Positions 12,077 through 23,053 of a DNA stretch of 64,000 nucleotides are shown here, in pieces. Origin of the DNA: an uncultured Acidobacteriota bacterium (GTDB lineage: Bacteria > Acidobacteriota > Blastocatellia > RBC074). Position numbers and translations under genes: made by a program. The stretch lies in contig CAWCKY010000004.1 of NCBI GenBank assembly GCA_963796275.1, positions 64,001 through 128,000 of the forward strand, given 5' to 3'. The notes below the pieces were generated by a model that saw only the letters and a program-made list of their open reading frames with translations, did not search any database and had not been told where the DNA came from. How positions within the stretch are numbered: position 1 is the stretch's first letter; each line of letters starts with the position of its first letter.

Positions 12077-13846
12077 TCACAGACCGAAGCAAAGGATGTT
12101 CGGGCCAGCAGCTACGACAATGTATTGCTTGCCGCCAGACGCGAAGGTCATGGGAGAAGCTTTCATTCGTACGTTGGTTGAGAAGCGCCACAGAGTTTTG
12201 CCCGTGCGTTGATCCGCGGCTGTGAAACCGCCGTTGGGTTGGCCGTAGAAAAGCAGCCCGCCCGCCGTGGCTAGAACCCCCGTCCAGGTTTTGGCGCGTG
12301 CTGGCCCGGGTTGCGGGACTTCCCAGACGATATCGCCCGTCTCGATGTTGAGGGCGCGCAGGAAGCGCTGCCCAGTCTGATCGGGATAGCCAGTCGGCTT
12401 GCCAACGCATTCTTCCAGCGCCATGACATAGTACAACCCCGTTTCAGGAGAATACGCGGTGGCATCCCAATTGGCGGCGTCGCTGGGACAGCCGTGGGCA
12501 TCGGTGACGATCGGGCGTCCATCGGGGCCGATGCCTGACGCCCAGTCGACCCGGCGCAGGAATGGTTTGGCTAGCAGCAGGTTTCCATTGGTGCGGTCGA
12601 GCACATAGAAGAAGCCGTTGCGGTCGGCGTGCAACAATAGCTTAGAGGGCTTGCCTTTGTACGTGACATCGACCAGGACGTTGGGCTCGGTGGCATCACG
12701 ATCCTTCACATCGTGCGGCGTGAATTGATAGTGCCATTTGAGATCCCCGGTCTTCGCGTCGAGTGCCAGTACACAGTTGGTGTACAGGTTATCCCCGGGT
12801 CGGTCGCGATCATCTGAATCGGGCCACGGATTGCCCGTGGCCCAGTATAGCGTATCGGTGGACGGGTCGTACGAGCCGGTCAGCCAGGTCGAGCCGCCTC
12901 CGGTGATGGGCTCCTTGCCTTGCCAGGTTTCGATGCCCGGCTCGCCTCGGCGGGGCACCGTCCATCGTCGCCAGACGAGCGCGCCAGACTCAGGCTTGAA
13001 CGCTGCGATAAATCCGCGAATCCCATGATCCGCGCCGGCGACGCCGACGATTACGGTATCGTTGACGACGAGGGGAGCCATGGTGCCACCGTAATAGTGC
13101 CGCTCGTTCGAGGCGGGTGCCATCGGGACTTCCCAGAGCAGGTTTCCGCTGGCGCGATCTAGCGCCAGCAAGTGCGCGTTGTCGGTCACGAAAAAGATAT
13201 TGTCCCGCAGAAGGGCGACGCCCCGGTTTGTGCCTAGCCTTGCATCACCCACCATCCCTGGACTGGGCGGACGCGAGTAGTGCCACAGCGGCGCGCCGGT
13301 GAGCGCATCCAACGCGTAGACCTGGTTTGGGCCCGTGACGTAGACCACGCCATCCGCGGCCAGCGGCGTCACTTCCAGGCCGAAATAAGAGATCGGGAAC
13401 AACCACTTCAACTTCAGCGAAGCCACGTTCCCCCGGCTGATCTGCTTGAGCAGGCTGTAGCGATTTGCCGAGTCGTTGCCGTTATACGTACGCCAGTCGC
13501 CCGGTTGCGGCGGGCCCCAGACAGGTTTCCGATGGGAATCCGCTACGATCGGGGGGCCCAAGATCGTGTCGGCATTGATACGGCGGATGTATCGCACAAG
13601 CAGTGCCAGTTCGTCGGCGGAGAGATCAGCGAAGGAAGGCATACCCGCGCCGACATTGCCCCGCTCCAGATACGCACGCAGCTGCTCGGCAGACTGCCGG
13701 GCGACGCGCGGATTGCCTGCCAGGCCGGGCCCCTTGGCCGTCCCGCGCGCCTCTTCGCCATGACAGGCCGCGCAGTGCTTGACGAACGCCTGCGGGGGAG
13801 ACAATTGCGGTGGGGAAAACAAAAGAAAAAGAGTCAGGATAATCAT
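12077..13846 (-). CDS. PQQ-dependent dehydrogenase with N-terminal cytochrome c domain
   Basis: Signal peptide, CAACH heme motif, WRTYNG..RYS, PQQ beta-propeller repeats, RPGDNLYT, YQFTPHD. Confidence 0.9.
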   Translation of the reverse strand: MIILTLFLLFSPPQLSPPQAFVKHCAACHGEEARGTAKGPGLAGNPRVARQSAEQLRAYLERGNVGAGMPSFADLSADELALLVRYIRRINADTILGPPIVADSHRKPVWGPPQPGDWRTYNGNDSANRYSLLKQISRGNVASLKLKWLFPISYFGLEVTPLAADGVVYVTGPNQVYALDALTGAPLWHYSRPPSPGMVGDARLGTNRGVALLRDNIFFVTDNAHLLALDRASGNLLWEVPMAPASNERHYYGGTMAPLVVNDTVIVGVAGADHGIRGFIAAFKPESGALVWRRWTVPRRGEPGIETWQGKEPITGGGSTWLTGSYDPSTDTLYWATGNPWPDSDDRDRPGDNLYTNCVLALDAKTGDLKWHYQFTPHDVKDRDATEPNVLVDVTYKGKPSKLLLHADRNGFFYVLDRTNGNLLLAKPFLRRVDWASGIGPDGRPIVTDAHGCPSDAANWDATAYSPETGLYYVMALEECVGKPTGYPDQTGQRFLRALNIETGDIVWEVPQPGPARAKTWTGVLATAGGLLFYGQPNGGFTAADQRTGKTLWRFSTNVRMKASPMTFASGGKQYIVVAAGPNILCFGL

Positions 13847-14261
13847 CGATTCGCTCCTACTGCGATTCGAGCGCGCCCATCGGCTAAGGCCGGTCGCACG
13901 CTGAAAAAGACGATTTTTTCATCTGATTGCTGTTTCACGATTCAGGTCCGGCACCGCCCACTAGCGGGACTTTACGAGTTATTCGAGTTCGACCCTTGCT
14001 AATCTCAGTTTGTTTCATTGTCACTCTTTTATTCTCATACCACAAAATTCGTTAGCATAAGGAAAGCCGCAATCCCCTTGTCCGCGATGACGACTAGGCG
14101 TACGATCTCGGCGGATTTGAAAACGATTCTGGGTGTGTTATGCAACTCTTAGCCATTGAACGCAAGCTCGATTTCCGAAAACTGGTGTAGCCGGCACACT
14201 CATTCTCAGCATATCTCAGTTCATCCTCGCGAGTCTTCCGTAAGTACGAAAGTCGTGGGAA

Positions 14262-16046
14262 ATGACAGCTTCGGTAAAGGACCATCAAATTATGCCTGAA
14301 ATGTATACTACCGACAGAATTCCGCTGGCCAATGATTGGAATCAACGCCGCAGCGACGGCTATGACGTGGTCGTGATCGGTTCCGGCTACGGGGCATCAG
14401 TGACCGCGGCACGATTGGCGACTGCCCAATGGCCCGCCAACGCAAAACCGACGATCTGCATCCTCGAAAGAGGAAAAGAGTGGCTGCCCGGCCAATTTCC
14501 TGACACTATCAATCGCGGGGTTCAAGAAACGCGCAGCCCGTTGAATCCTCTCGGCCTCTACGATAATACTTTCAGCCCCGACATCGGCGTGCTCGCGGGA
14601 TCAGGACTCGGCGGCACATCTCTGGTTAATGCCAACGTAGCCATCCGCCCCGATAACGAAGTCTTCGAGCGTGCGGAGTGGCCTCAAGCTATCCGCACGC
14701 TGAGCCAAAACCATCAACTCACGACATACTATGATCGCGCGCGGGCGACGCTCTTCGCCTCACAGCATCCGAACGCCATGCAGCTCAACAAAGTCAAGGC
14801 TCTCAAGAAAGGCGCCGAGGGAGTATCCGGAGCTGTTTTTGAAATCCACGATATCGCAGTCAATTTCAGCTTCGAGGGAGTCAACCAATGGGGAGTTCAG
14901 CAACGCAAGTGCATCAACTGCGGCGACTGCACCACCGGCTGCAATGTGGGGGCCAAGAACACACTCGACACCAACTACCTGGCAATTGCCAAGCATGGCG
15001 GCACCGAGATATTCACACAGGTTGAATGCAAGCATCTGACCAGGGATCCGGCGGGAGGCTATTTGATCCATTACCTGAGGCGGGAGAGTCCACTCGGAGC
15101 TGCTGAACAGGGAACGCTCAAAGCAAAACGACTGGTGATCGTCGGGGCCGGGGCGCTCGGTTCCACCGCCCTCATGCTGCGCTCGCGCCGAGCCGGACTC
15201 AGCCTGCCCGATGGCGTGGGCACACACTTCGGCGGCAATGGCGACTTCTTCGGAGTGGCCTACAATACAGACCAGCGAACCGACGATCTTGGATGGGGAG
15301 CTTACCCGGACAGTAACCGCGCGAAGCGTATACAACCCGGTCCCGGACAGTTGCTTCATCCCGGACCGACCATCGTCTCCCGGGTCAGATACAATACAAA
15401 TCAGACTTTACTGAACAGGTTCAAAGCTGAAGACCTTTCGATCCCGTTGATGTACGTGGACACCGTTCGCCTGGCGCTCGCCTTCGTCGCCGGACAAGAC
15501 ACCGACCCCAACGATTTCTTCGATAAACTGCGTGAGGCGGAGCGCCGGTCGAACGATTTTTTCCGCGATCCTCAATTGCAGAAAGGCGCGCTCAATCACA
15601 CGCTCGCCTATCTGGTCAATGGACATGATAATCAGGGCGGAGTGATCGAGCTGGATCCTATTACCAACGAAGCGAGAGTGAGATGGCCCGGCGCAGGTCA
15701 GCAGGCAATCTTTCAACAAATGAACCAGCGGCTTCTACAGCACACCACGGTGTTGGGCGGGACTTACATAGAGAACCCGCTGTGGGGCTTTATCCCCTTC
15801 CAGACACTGGTGACGGCGCATCCACTAGGCGGTTGCGTGGCGAGCGATAGCCATGCGACAGGAACAGTCAACCACTTCGGACAGGTTTACGACGAACAGG
15901 GCAACCTGCACGATGGCCTCTATATCACCGACGCAGCGACCCTTCCGACCTCACTCGGAGTCAATCCGTTTCTGACGATTTCGGCGCTCGCCGAATGGCG
16001 GGCGGAGCATCTGATCACAGGTCTGGGAGGGGTGCCGAGGAATTAG
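14262..16046 (+). CDS. GMC oxidoreductase, cholesterol-oxidase-like
   Basis: VVIGSGYGA FAD motif, GLGGTSLVNANV, CINCGDCTTGC, TAHPLGG, GVNPFLTI. Confidence 0.88.
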   Translation: MTASVKDHQIMPEMYTTDRIPLANDWNQRRSDGYDVVVIGSGYGASVTAARLATAQWPANAKPTICILERGKEWLPGQFPDTINRGVQETRSPLNPLGLYDNTFSPDIGVLAGSGLGGTSLVNANVAIRPDNEVFERAEWPQAIRTLSQNHQLTTYYDRARATLFASQHPNAMQLNKVKALKKGAEGVSGAVFEIHDIAVNFSFEGVNQWGVQQRKCINCGDCTTGCNVGAKNTLDTNYLAIAKHGGTEIFTQVECKHLTRDPAGGYLIHYLRRESPLGAAEQGTLKAKRLVIVGAGALGSTALMLRSRRAGLSLPDGVGTHFGGNGDFFGVAYNTDQRTDDLGWGAYPDSNRAKRIQPGPGQLLHPGPTIVSRVRYNTNQTLLNRFKAEDLSIPLMYVDTVRLALAFVAGQDTDPNDFFDKLREAERRSNDFFRDPQLQKGALNHTLAYLVNGHDNQGGVIELDPITNEARVRWPGAGQQAIFQQMNQRLLQHTTVLGGTYIENPLWGFIPFQTLVTAHPLGGCVASDSHATGTVNHFGQVYDEQGNLHDGLYITDAATLPTSLGVNPFLTISALAEWRAEHLITGLGGVPRN

Positions 16047-16059
16047 ATCGCATCATCTA

Positions 16060-16321
16060 CAATGAGATTTGGAGGGAGGGCTGGCATCACATAGGGGCCT
16101 TTGGTCACTGGCACATCGCCTCGACCGATATCCACGAGGCAAGCTTTCCTCTTCTCAACTCGGTCATCTCTCGGGGGTTCTTCAGTCATGCCGTCGCCTT
16201 TCACGGGTTCGAAGACGACGATATACAGTATGACATTCTCGTCGGCGGTCTCGCATGCGAGGCCTTGAAGGAGAAGATCAAGGCAGCCATTGAAGGCGTA
16301 CTCGGCTCAGATTTCATCTAA
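16060..16321 (+). pseudogene. Poly-gamma-glutamate hydrolase (DUF867-like) fragment
   Basis: WHIASTDIHEASFPLL..HAVAFHGF resembles the HITST..HG motifs; recognised from memory only. Confidence 0.5.
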
Positions 16322-16327
16322 ACCTCA

Positions 16328-16680
16328 AAAGAATACTCCATCCATAGCGAGCGTCTGGGCGAGCTTGGATGGGGAGGAATCTTGAGACCGCGCGAAATTA
16401 GCACGTTAATCTCATCAAGTATAGAAAGAAGTGTGGGTATCATTCGTTCCGTGAAATTGACGATAGGATTGAAACTGAATCCGACGAAAGAGCAAGCTGC
16501 CGCATTGAAAGAGACGCTTGAGCGAGCCAATGCAGCAGCTAGTGAGTGCTCGCGCATAGCGTGGGAGCATAAGACCCGGCCAATTTCACATCCATAAACT
16601 CGCTTACGCTGCTCTGCGTGAACAATTCGATATTTCCGCTCAGGTTGCCGTTCGAGTAATCGCTAAAGTGGCGTGCGCCC
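16328..16680 (+). pseudogene. tnpB: Second tnpB remnant (different subfamily) with end hairpin
   Basis: VKLTIGLKLNPTKEQAAALKETLERANAA..AWE, then frameshifted FHIHKLAYAALREQFDISAQVAVRVIAKVA; hairpin at 16328-16380. Confidence 0.75.
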
Positions 16681-16807
16681 ATTTTACGAGACAGCCACTG
16701 TTGAAGAGTGGGTGCGAGAATATACGAAGTGGGAGGAGAGCCACGGCCCCAAGACGCCAGGGCTTACAAGAGAGGATGTAAGCAGAGAGAGGATGTACGA
16801 AGACTAA
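16680..16807 (+). pseudogene. Antitoxin C-terminal remnant upstream of PIN toxin
   Basis: ETATVEEWVREYTKWEESHGPKTPGLTREDVSRERMYED*, like the SRESIY tail of PIN-associated antitoxins; 5' end replaced by the tnpB remnant. Confidence 0.55.
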
Positions 16808-16813
16808 ACCGTA

Positions 16814-17246
16814 ATGCTCGTCCTCCTTGATGCTAACATCCTGCTTTATAGCGCCGATCCTGCATCCCCATTCTATCCAGATAGCCTGAGAGCAACGAAC
16901 GAATTACGGCAGAGAGGCGACACGCCTTGTATCGTTCCGCAAAGCCTCTACGAGTTTTGGGTTGTCGCCACGCGCCCGCCGGCGAACAGAGGGTTAGGTC
17001 TGACGCCAGCTCAAGCGCTCGCTGAACTCACCTCTATCAAACGCTTCTTTCCCTTCCTCCCCGACACGCCGGTGATTTATCCGGAATGGGAGAGACTCAT
17101 TGTTCAGCATTCAGTCTTAGGAAAGAATGACGATGCGCGGTATGTGGCGGCAATGAACACATGGCATCACTCACCTTTTGATCGATAATAAAGACGACTT
17201 CAAACGGTTCACGTACATCACCACCCTTTCTACCCCCGATGTGTAA
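16814..17246 (+). pseudogene. PIN-domain (VapC-like) toxin, frameshifted near 17158
   Basis: VLLDANIL, EFWVVATRP..NRGLG, DARYVAAM; a shifted frame continues HGITHLL..DDFKRF. Confidence 0.85.
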
Positions 17247-17289
17247 TCTTCGACAATTCCCTGCCATGCTCCAGGCCCGCCACATCAGG

Positions 17290-17632
17290 GGTTCATCACT
17301 TAAACCAGCCATGACAGCCATCAAACGACAGACACAGAAGTTCAGAGAACTCGCCAGGAGACACCAGCACCAGGATCAAGCAACTTTGATCAGGGTTCTG
17401 AACCCAGTGATTACTGGCTGGTCGCGGTACTTCTCAACTGTTATCAGCAAAAACATCTTTAGCCGGATGGATTACCTTCTCTGGACCCGACTCATGGTCT
17501 GGGCTAAAGCCGTCATCCGCATAAGCCGGTCGACTGGATCGTTCACAAATACTGGAGATTTGACTCCGGGAGCCGCTGGCAGTTTCAGACTTCTGAAGCC
17601 GAGCGGGGGAGCGATCCCCTCGCTTAGGTAAC
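17290..17632 (+). mobile_element. Group II intron remnant: maturase (X domain) fragment fused to the 3' end
   Basis: LIRVLNPVITGWSRYF..WAK(RRHPHK..W..KYW) followed by the domain-VI-like TTCTGAAGCCGAGCGGGGGAGCGATCCCCTCGCTTAGGTAAC ending in AC. Confidence 0.8.
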
Positions 17633-18533
17633 AATACGCACTATACTGCCGCATAAGTATCATCTCGCCCCATGATATAGCTTGTAACCATTCCAAAAGT
17701 TATCCATTACATAACATACATACATAAGGCTTGTTATCGGACGCGGACAAGGTGCTTTCCTTCCTCTCAATTCAATGGATCGGCTGCCCCTATTACTCTG
17801 ATCTCGCACTGTGGGTTATCAATCTTGCGCTCGGGCGCTGTGCCGTATTTTGCTAGTAGAATCAGGAAGGTACAGGTTAGCAGCTCTCAACACAGCTACA
17901 AATTTTCCGCCAGGCTTTTGAAAATTTATATTGACGCCTAGGCCAGTATTGTGGTACCTGATCCTTGCTCAGTGAATACTCACTTAAACACACTTTGAGC
18001 AATACGATCTGTCGTCGAGCCGGATATTCTAGATTGAACGCTATATCCACTGCTGGGTATACCATAAATTGCAAGATGTTCAACTAATACAATTCTAGAT
18101 CGCCCCGACTCACCTTTTGTCTTCACATTAAATTTGTTAGTTAAACGATAACTTTCTCACAACAGGAGCCTCCTCATGATCCGTTTACTCCCCCAAACGG
18201 CGTCTACCCTGGTGCGCCGGATTTGCTTTGTCCTCTATTTTAGCCTACTCCTTTTTCACTATTCAGGTCGTTTTCGGAGCTGTTAAATGCCTTTGTAAGC
18301 GTCTGTTATGATGGTTTAGCAACAAGCTACGGTATTGCTCAAAGCAACCCAAGGGTCACTGCCACACGATGATCCAGCTAGAAAGCATAGCGCGGACTGC
18401 TTACGCCCCCATGACTTACCTTTCTTGCCAATTGTTTTTATCGGCCAGTATAGCCGGTGTGCCATTTGGCAATATTTACAGGGCTTGGATCCAATTCGAG
18501 TTGAAACAGAAGAAATCCTCGTGTAACGATCAT

Positions 18534-19370
18534 ATGAATAAACATAAAACTATCTTGCAACAATTTTCCTATAAGGGGGCTTACCTCGTTCTCACCACTT
18601 ATTTACTTATACAGATCATAACAGCTATTGGGTTTTCTCAGGATGGCGCATCGAAGAGTGGGTTGACGTATAGATCCAATATTCCTGAGCTAGACACCAG
18701 AGCTAATATCGAAATCGATCCCACTACGCTAGGATTAAATATTATCATTCCACTAGTCAACTTGCCCGGAAGGGGCATCAATATGCCCATCAATATGCGC
18801 TACTCCTCGAAGGTCTGGAAAATCCGTCATAGTTTCCACTGGCCAGATCCACAGGATCCAAATCAAATCCTGCTTCATGCCGATTATGCGGGTGGATCCA
18901 CCGCTGGTTGGATTACCACCATCCGCACACCTAAATTTAGTCAAGGAGGCGGCGACTCTGAGCCATATATTGTCAGGTTTGAACATACCCCCCCCAATCC
19001 ACCAACATATCGAGACACTGGTTTTCCAGATGATGGCAAGCCCTGGGATAATAGTTTACCACCTCACTCTTCTGAGACCACATTGCCACTTCAATATGTA
19101 AAAAACAATATGCTAATTCAGATGCCGGATCAATCTGTGCACGAACTGCGTGTTAGCGATCAATTGCACAATCAACTTTCGAATACTTACCGTGGCCCTG
19201 CCTACGCAGTGGATAGCTCCAGAATGAAATTTGACATTGATACACAAATTCTCTATCTGGCAGATGGGTCCCGCTATGATGTGTTTGTCCCCCCCGACGC
19301 AACAGTCAGATATATTGATCGCAATGGCAATACACTTACATATTCAAATTCATTCCATGGCACGACGCAA
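18534..19370 (+). pseudogene. Rhs/YD-repeat protein N-terminal part
   Basis: Signal-like segment; IDPTTLGLNIIIPLVNLPGRG.NMPINMRYSSKVW and YIDRNGN; homology breaks near 19370. Confidence 0.75.
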
Positions 19371-21249
19371 GAACAATGGCAACTTGCTGCGGCAGATACA
19401 TTCCGTGCCGCTGGCAGGAGGTGGTGGGGTTTCCCATGTAAATGATTATTCTTATGACCCGCTCAATCGAGTGACATCAGTGTTTGAGCAACAACAATCG
19501 CAGAACAATCCATTGCTCCCGGTCTTCAGGCAAACCTACATTTATGATCGATGGGGCAATCGGAGGATTGAGCAAGCGGGCACCAGCGAGGTCATGTTGC
19601 AATGGAATGAGAATGGAAGCTGGGAGCATCGAGCATACTGGGGAGCGAACACCATTACGATATGGGGAGTGGATGGGACGGCGAGTCGGAAGAATATAGG
19701 GCCGTTGCCTCCAACAGGACAGTGGGTGCGATTGGAGGTCCCTGCGAGCGCAGTGGGATTGGAGGGGAAGACGGTCAGTGGGATGGCCTTCACGCTCTAC
19801 GGAGGAAGAGCGAATTGGGATAAGGCCGGGAAGGCAAGATTGGTGAATAACGGAGCGATCAACGGGAGGGCATATACGGTCGATCCGGTGAACAATCGGC
19901 TGACAGCTGTAGATGGAGTGATGATGAGTTACGATGCAGCCGGGAATCAGACCAATGACGGCAGCGGATTACGTAAATACGATGGCGAGAACCGTATGGT
20001 GGAAGCGTATAATGCGGATGTGCTGGTGAGCCAGTATGTCTATGATGCGGATGGAAAGCGAGTGAGGCGGATCATCGGTGGGCAGGAGACGTGTCAGGTC
20101 TATGGGATGGGAGGAGAGTTGCTGGCTGAGTACGCTGCTGGTGCTGCGCCGAGTGTGGCTCAGAAGGAATACGGATATCGGAACGGGCAGTTGCTGGTGG
20201 TGTGGGATGGGAGCGAGATGGTAAACCAGCAGTTGAAATGGCTGGTGCAAGACCATCTTGGATCGACCAGGATGGTTGTTGATCGATCAGGAAGCCTAGG
20301 AGGAGTAAGACGAAACGATTTTTTACCCTTCGGCGAAGAGCTTGGAAGTGGGATTGGGCTCAGAAGCGCGAGCATCGGTTATGGCGACGATTCGGTTCGT
20401 CAGAAGTTCACTGGTGAGGAGAGGGATGATGAGACCGGGTTGGATTTCTTCGGAGCGAGATACTACGCAAGCGTGCAAGGGAGATTTACCAGCCCTGATG
20501 AATTTAACCCTATCCTAGGGAAACAAGGAGCAGACGATAAGGAAAAAGCAGAGAAAGAGTTTAGACAATGGCTGTCGCAACCAGCGCGCTGGAATCGATA
20601 TGCCTACTGTCTGAATAATCCCGTAAGTTGTATTGACCCTGATGGGATGGACCCAATCACAGTCAATCTCAATATCATTTATGATCAGGGCTCAAACTAT
20701 ACAGAGGAAGAGAAGAAGCGCATCCGTCAGACTTATATCGAGCAGGCTCAGAAAAGGTTTGGCACAGTAGATATTAAGTTCAACGTTACTGAAACTGTCG
20801 GTAGTGCTATCAATCTAGGAAGTGAGACTAGGCAATCTATTGCGAGTGGAGCCGTTGAAGGGGCTGTAAACGTGTTTTTCACAAAGAGTTACATCGGTTC
20901 CTCAAGTGAGGTATCACGTTATCACAGGGGAGATATATTCATTAACACTGTAAGAGGCCCTGATCCATCTGATTTGACACATGGACTTATCCATGTTTTT
21001 GGCATCGCTAGCGGTGTAAACGGATATTGGGCTACTCCGAGAAATCTTATTGGCGCATCTTTCACTGGTATCGTGCCAGGATTCGCTGAGTATCGCACCC
21101 AAAGTGTTGAATATTTATTAAAGCGTAAAGAAAGTAACTATTATGGAAACTATTATTATGCTAAAACAGGGCTGGAACCGATTGATGGTTATCAACAAAG
21201 GGCGCTGAGAGTTATACGTCAAGGCGCCCAAAGGTATTTGCACAAATAG
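19370..21249 (+). CDS. Rhs core plus C-terminal toxin (zincin-like, HGLIH); internally deleted
   Basis: YD repeats, DHLGSTR, QKFTGEERDDETGLDFFGARYY, YAYCLNNP..DPDGM cleavage motif, then an AT-richer tip. Confidence 0.88.
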
Positions 21250-21283
21250 CATTTCCTCACTTGAGTACAGGGAGGATAATAAC

Positions 21284-21586
21284 ATGGTAATCAATAAAGC
21301 CATTTTGAAACGTGAATTAGCAATCTTAGCACAGTATTTCATCATCTCGCTCATAGCAGCGTTGTGGGCCTATAATGCGATTATGACTGACATATTCCCA
21401 CTTGAGGGAACAGTAGATATTAACCCGCGGAGTGTTCTACGAGTAATGTGGCAGATATACTTGTTCCCCTTTGTAAGCGCCTTTTTTACTTTAAGCGTTT
21501 TGAGAGTTCTATATCTACTCTTATTTGATAAGAAGAGTAGGAAGAATGAAACAGCTGATTCAAATACCATAATAGCGGGTGAGTAG
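21284..21586 (+). CDS. Putative Rhs immunity protein (2 TM)
   Basis: GGAGG RBS; low-GC gene directly after the Rhs tip with two hydrophobic helices. Confidence 0.6.
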   Translation: MVINKAILKRELAILAQYFIISLIAALWAYNAIMTDIFPLEGTVDINPRSVLRVMWQIYLFPFVSAFFTLSVLRVLYLLLFDKKSRKNETADSNTIIAGE

Positions 21587-22003
21587 GCAGGTAGACGAAG
21601 GCGCGCGATTTTTCTTAATGTACGTACCACACAGGCCAATGGGAAAAGGAAAGGTCATCTGATAATGGTTTTATGTTCGCGGGTCAATGGGCGAGGTGGA
21701 AGCGGTTGGTCGGCGCGAACATAAAACGCCATTATCAGGACGCCCGGCTTCCATTGATCCACCCCCCTTGCGCATCGGCTCCGGTCGCGGCTCGCGCACT
21801 CGCACGCTCCCTCCGCCGAACGCCCCCCTCATATGGGGGCTTGCGCCAGAAAGGGCACCGAGGTTCGTCTTCCCTTCCGATCGGTCCTGCCACGAAAGAA
21901 AACAGCAGCTAAAGAAAAAGCAGCAAGGCGCGAGGTTCTTTTCATTGATCGAGTGGCCGCAAGGATCATTGCGCAAGCCCTCAGTTACTTTCGATTCCGC
22001 TCC

Positions 22004-22056
22004 GGTGCGCGGGGAGCCTCCGCAGTAATGAGGGCTGCTCCGGCTCCCCGCGCACC
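22004..22056. repeat. 15-bp perfect inverted repeat
   Basis: GGTGCGCGGGGAGCC (22004-22018) / GGCTCCCCGCGCACC (22042-22056). Confidence 0.85.
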
Positions 22057-22187
22057 TACGCTCCCTCCTGATGAAAGCGCAGAGCTACAACTATAGTAGT
22101 TCTCACAAGAGGCCTGCCTTTACGACCTCTCCGCTTTCCCCAACACCGATCTTCTGCAATTGCGTTCTCTGACCTACAAATGGATAC

Positions 22188-22235
22188 TAACGCATACGTA
22201 AGCATCTTGTCAAGTAAATACTTACGCTTGCGTAA
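22188..22235. promoter_or_regulatory. Paired palindromic operators TTACGC-N2-GCGTAA around a TTGACA hexamer
   Basis: TAACGCATACGTAA and TTACGCTTGCGTAA flank CTTGTCAAG (TTGACA on the minus strand), upstream of the HTH gene. Confidence 0.55.
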
Positions 22236-22263
22236 CTATTCATCCGGCTGTAAGATTCGCCTC

Positions 22264-22449
22264 ATGGACACATACACAACAGTGGAAGCCGCTAAAATGT
22301 TGGGCATCACGTCGGCGCGTGTGCGTCAAATGGTTCTCGCTGGCGATATTAAAGCGGAAAAGAAAGGGCGGGACTTGCTCATTCCGAAAAGCGAGATCGA
22401 GAAAGCCAAACGCCGCAAGACGACGCCTGGCCCGGAACCTCAGAAGTAA
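22264..22449 (+). CDS. Excisionase/MerR-like helix-turn-helix protein
   Basis: YTTVEAAKMLGITSARVRQMV..G.IKAEKKGRDLLIPKSEI. Confidence 0.85.
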   Translation: MDTYTTVEAAKMLGITSARVRQMVLAGDIKAEKKGRDLLIPKSEIEKAKRRKTTPGPEPQK

Positions 22450-23053
22450 GTGGACTAGTTGAGTGCTCGCTACTTGCACTTGGCAATGCTGCCGGCGGAT
22501 TGTGTTCTCGTATCGCTATCGTAGTTCGAAGCGGCGCGCTTTTTAAGAGGCGCGGCGTTGAATCTGCCTCCGGCGCTGTTTGCGTAGTAAAAGATGTAGG
22601 TAGGCAGCCTTTTCATTCAATTCAATTCATCTCATGCCTCCTTTTATTTGGAATTGCGACAGTAAAGGGGCACATCTTTAGATGGACATGGGGGTCAAGT
22701 CTTTAGATGTGCTCCTTCCCGATGTAACCCCTCGTTGAATTTTGCGACTCGTCATTTCGGGATTTTCCATTTCTCTTAGTGGCGCTCTTTTTGTGTTTTC
22801 GTTTGCAGGTGTGTCAAAGCTCGAAAGTTCCGTGACAAAGAAAAAATTGCGGCCTCTCACTCCTGAGCGTTCTCGCCTCTCGCCTGAAATTTTTACTTTG
22901 GCGCGGAACTTTCGAGCTTTGACCCCGAAAACGAAAACCTACAATTGCCACTGGAAATGGAACATTGAGCGCATCGGCTATGCCCAGAGGTGTGGTGAGA
23001 AATTGATCGAGGATTGCCGCGCTGGCCGAGAATCAGGCGGCCAAAGGTTACAG

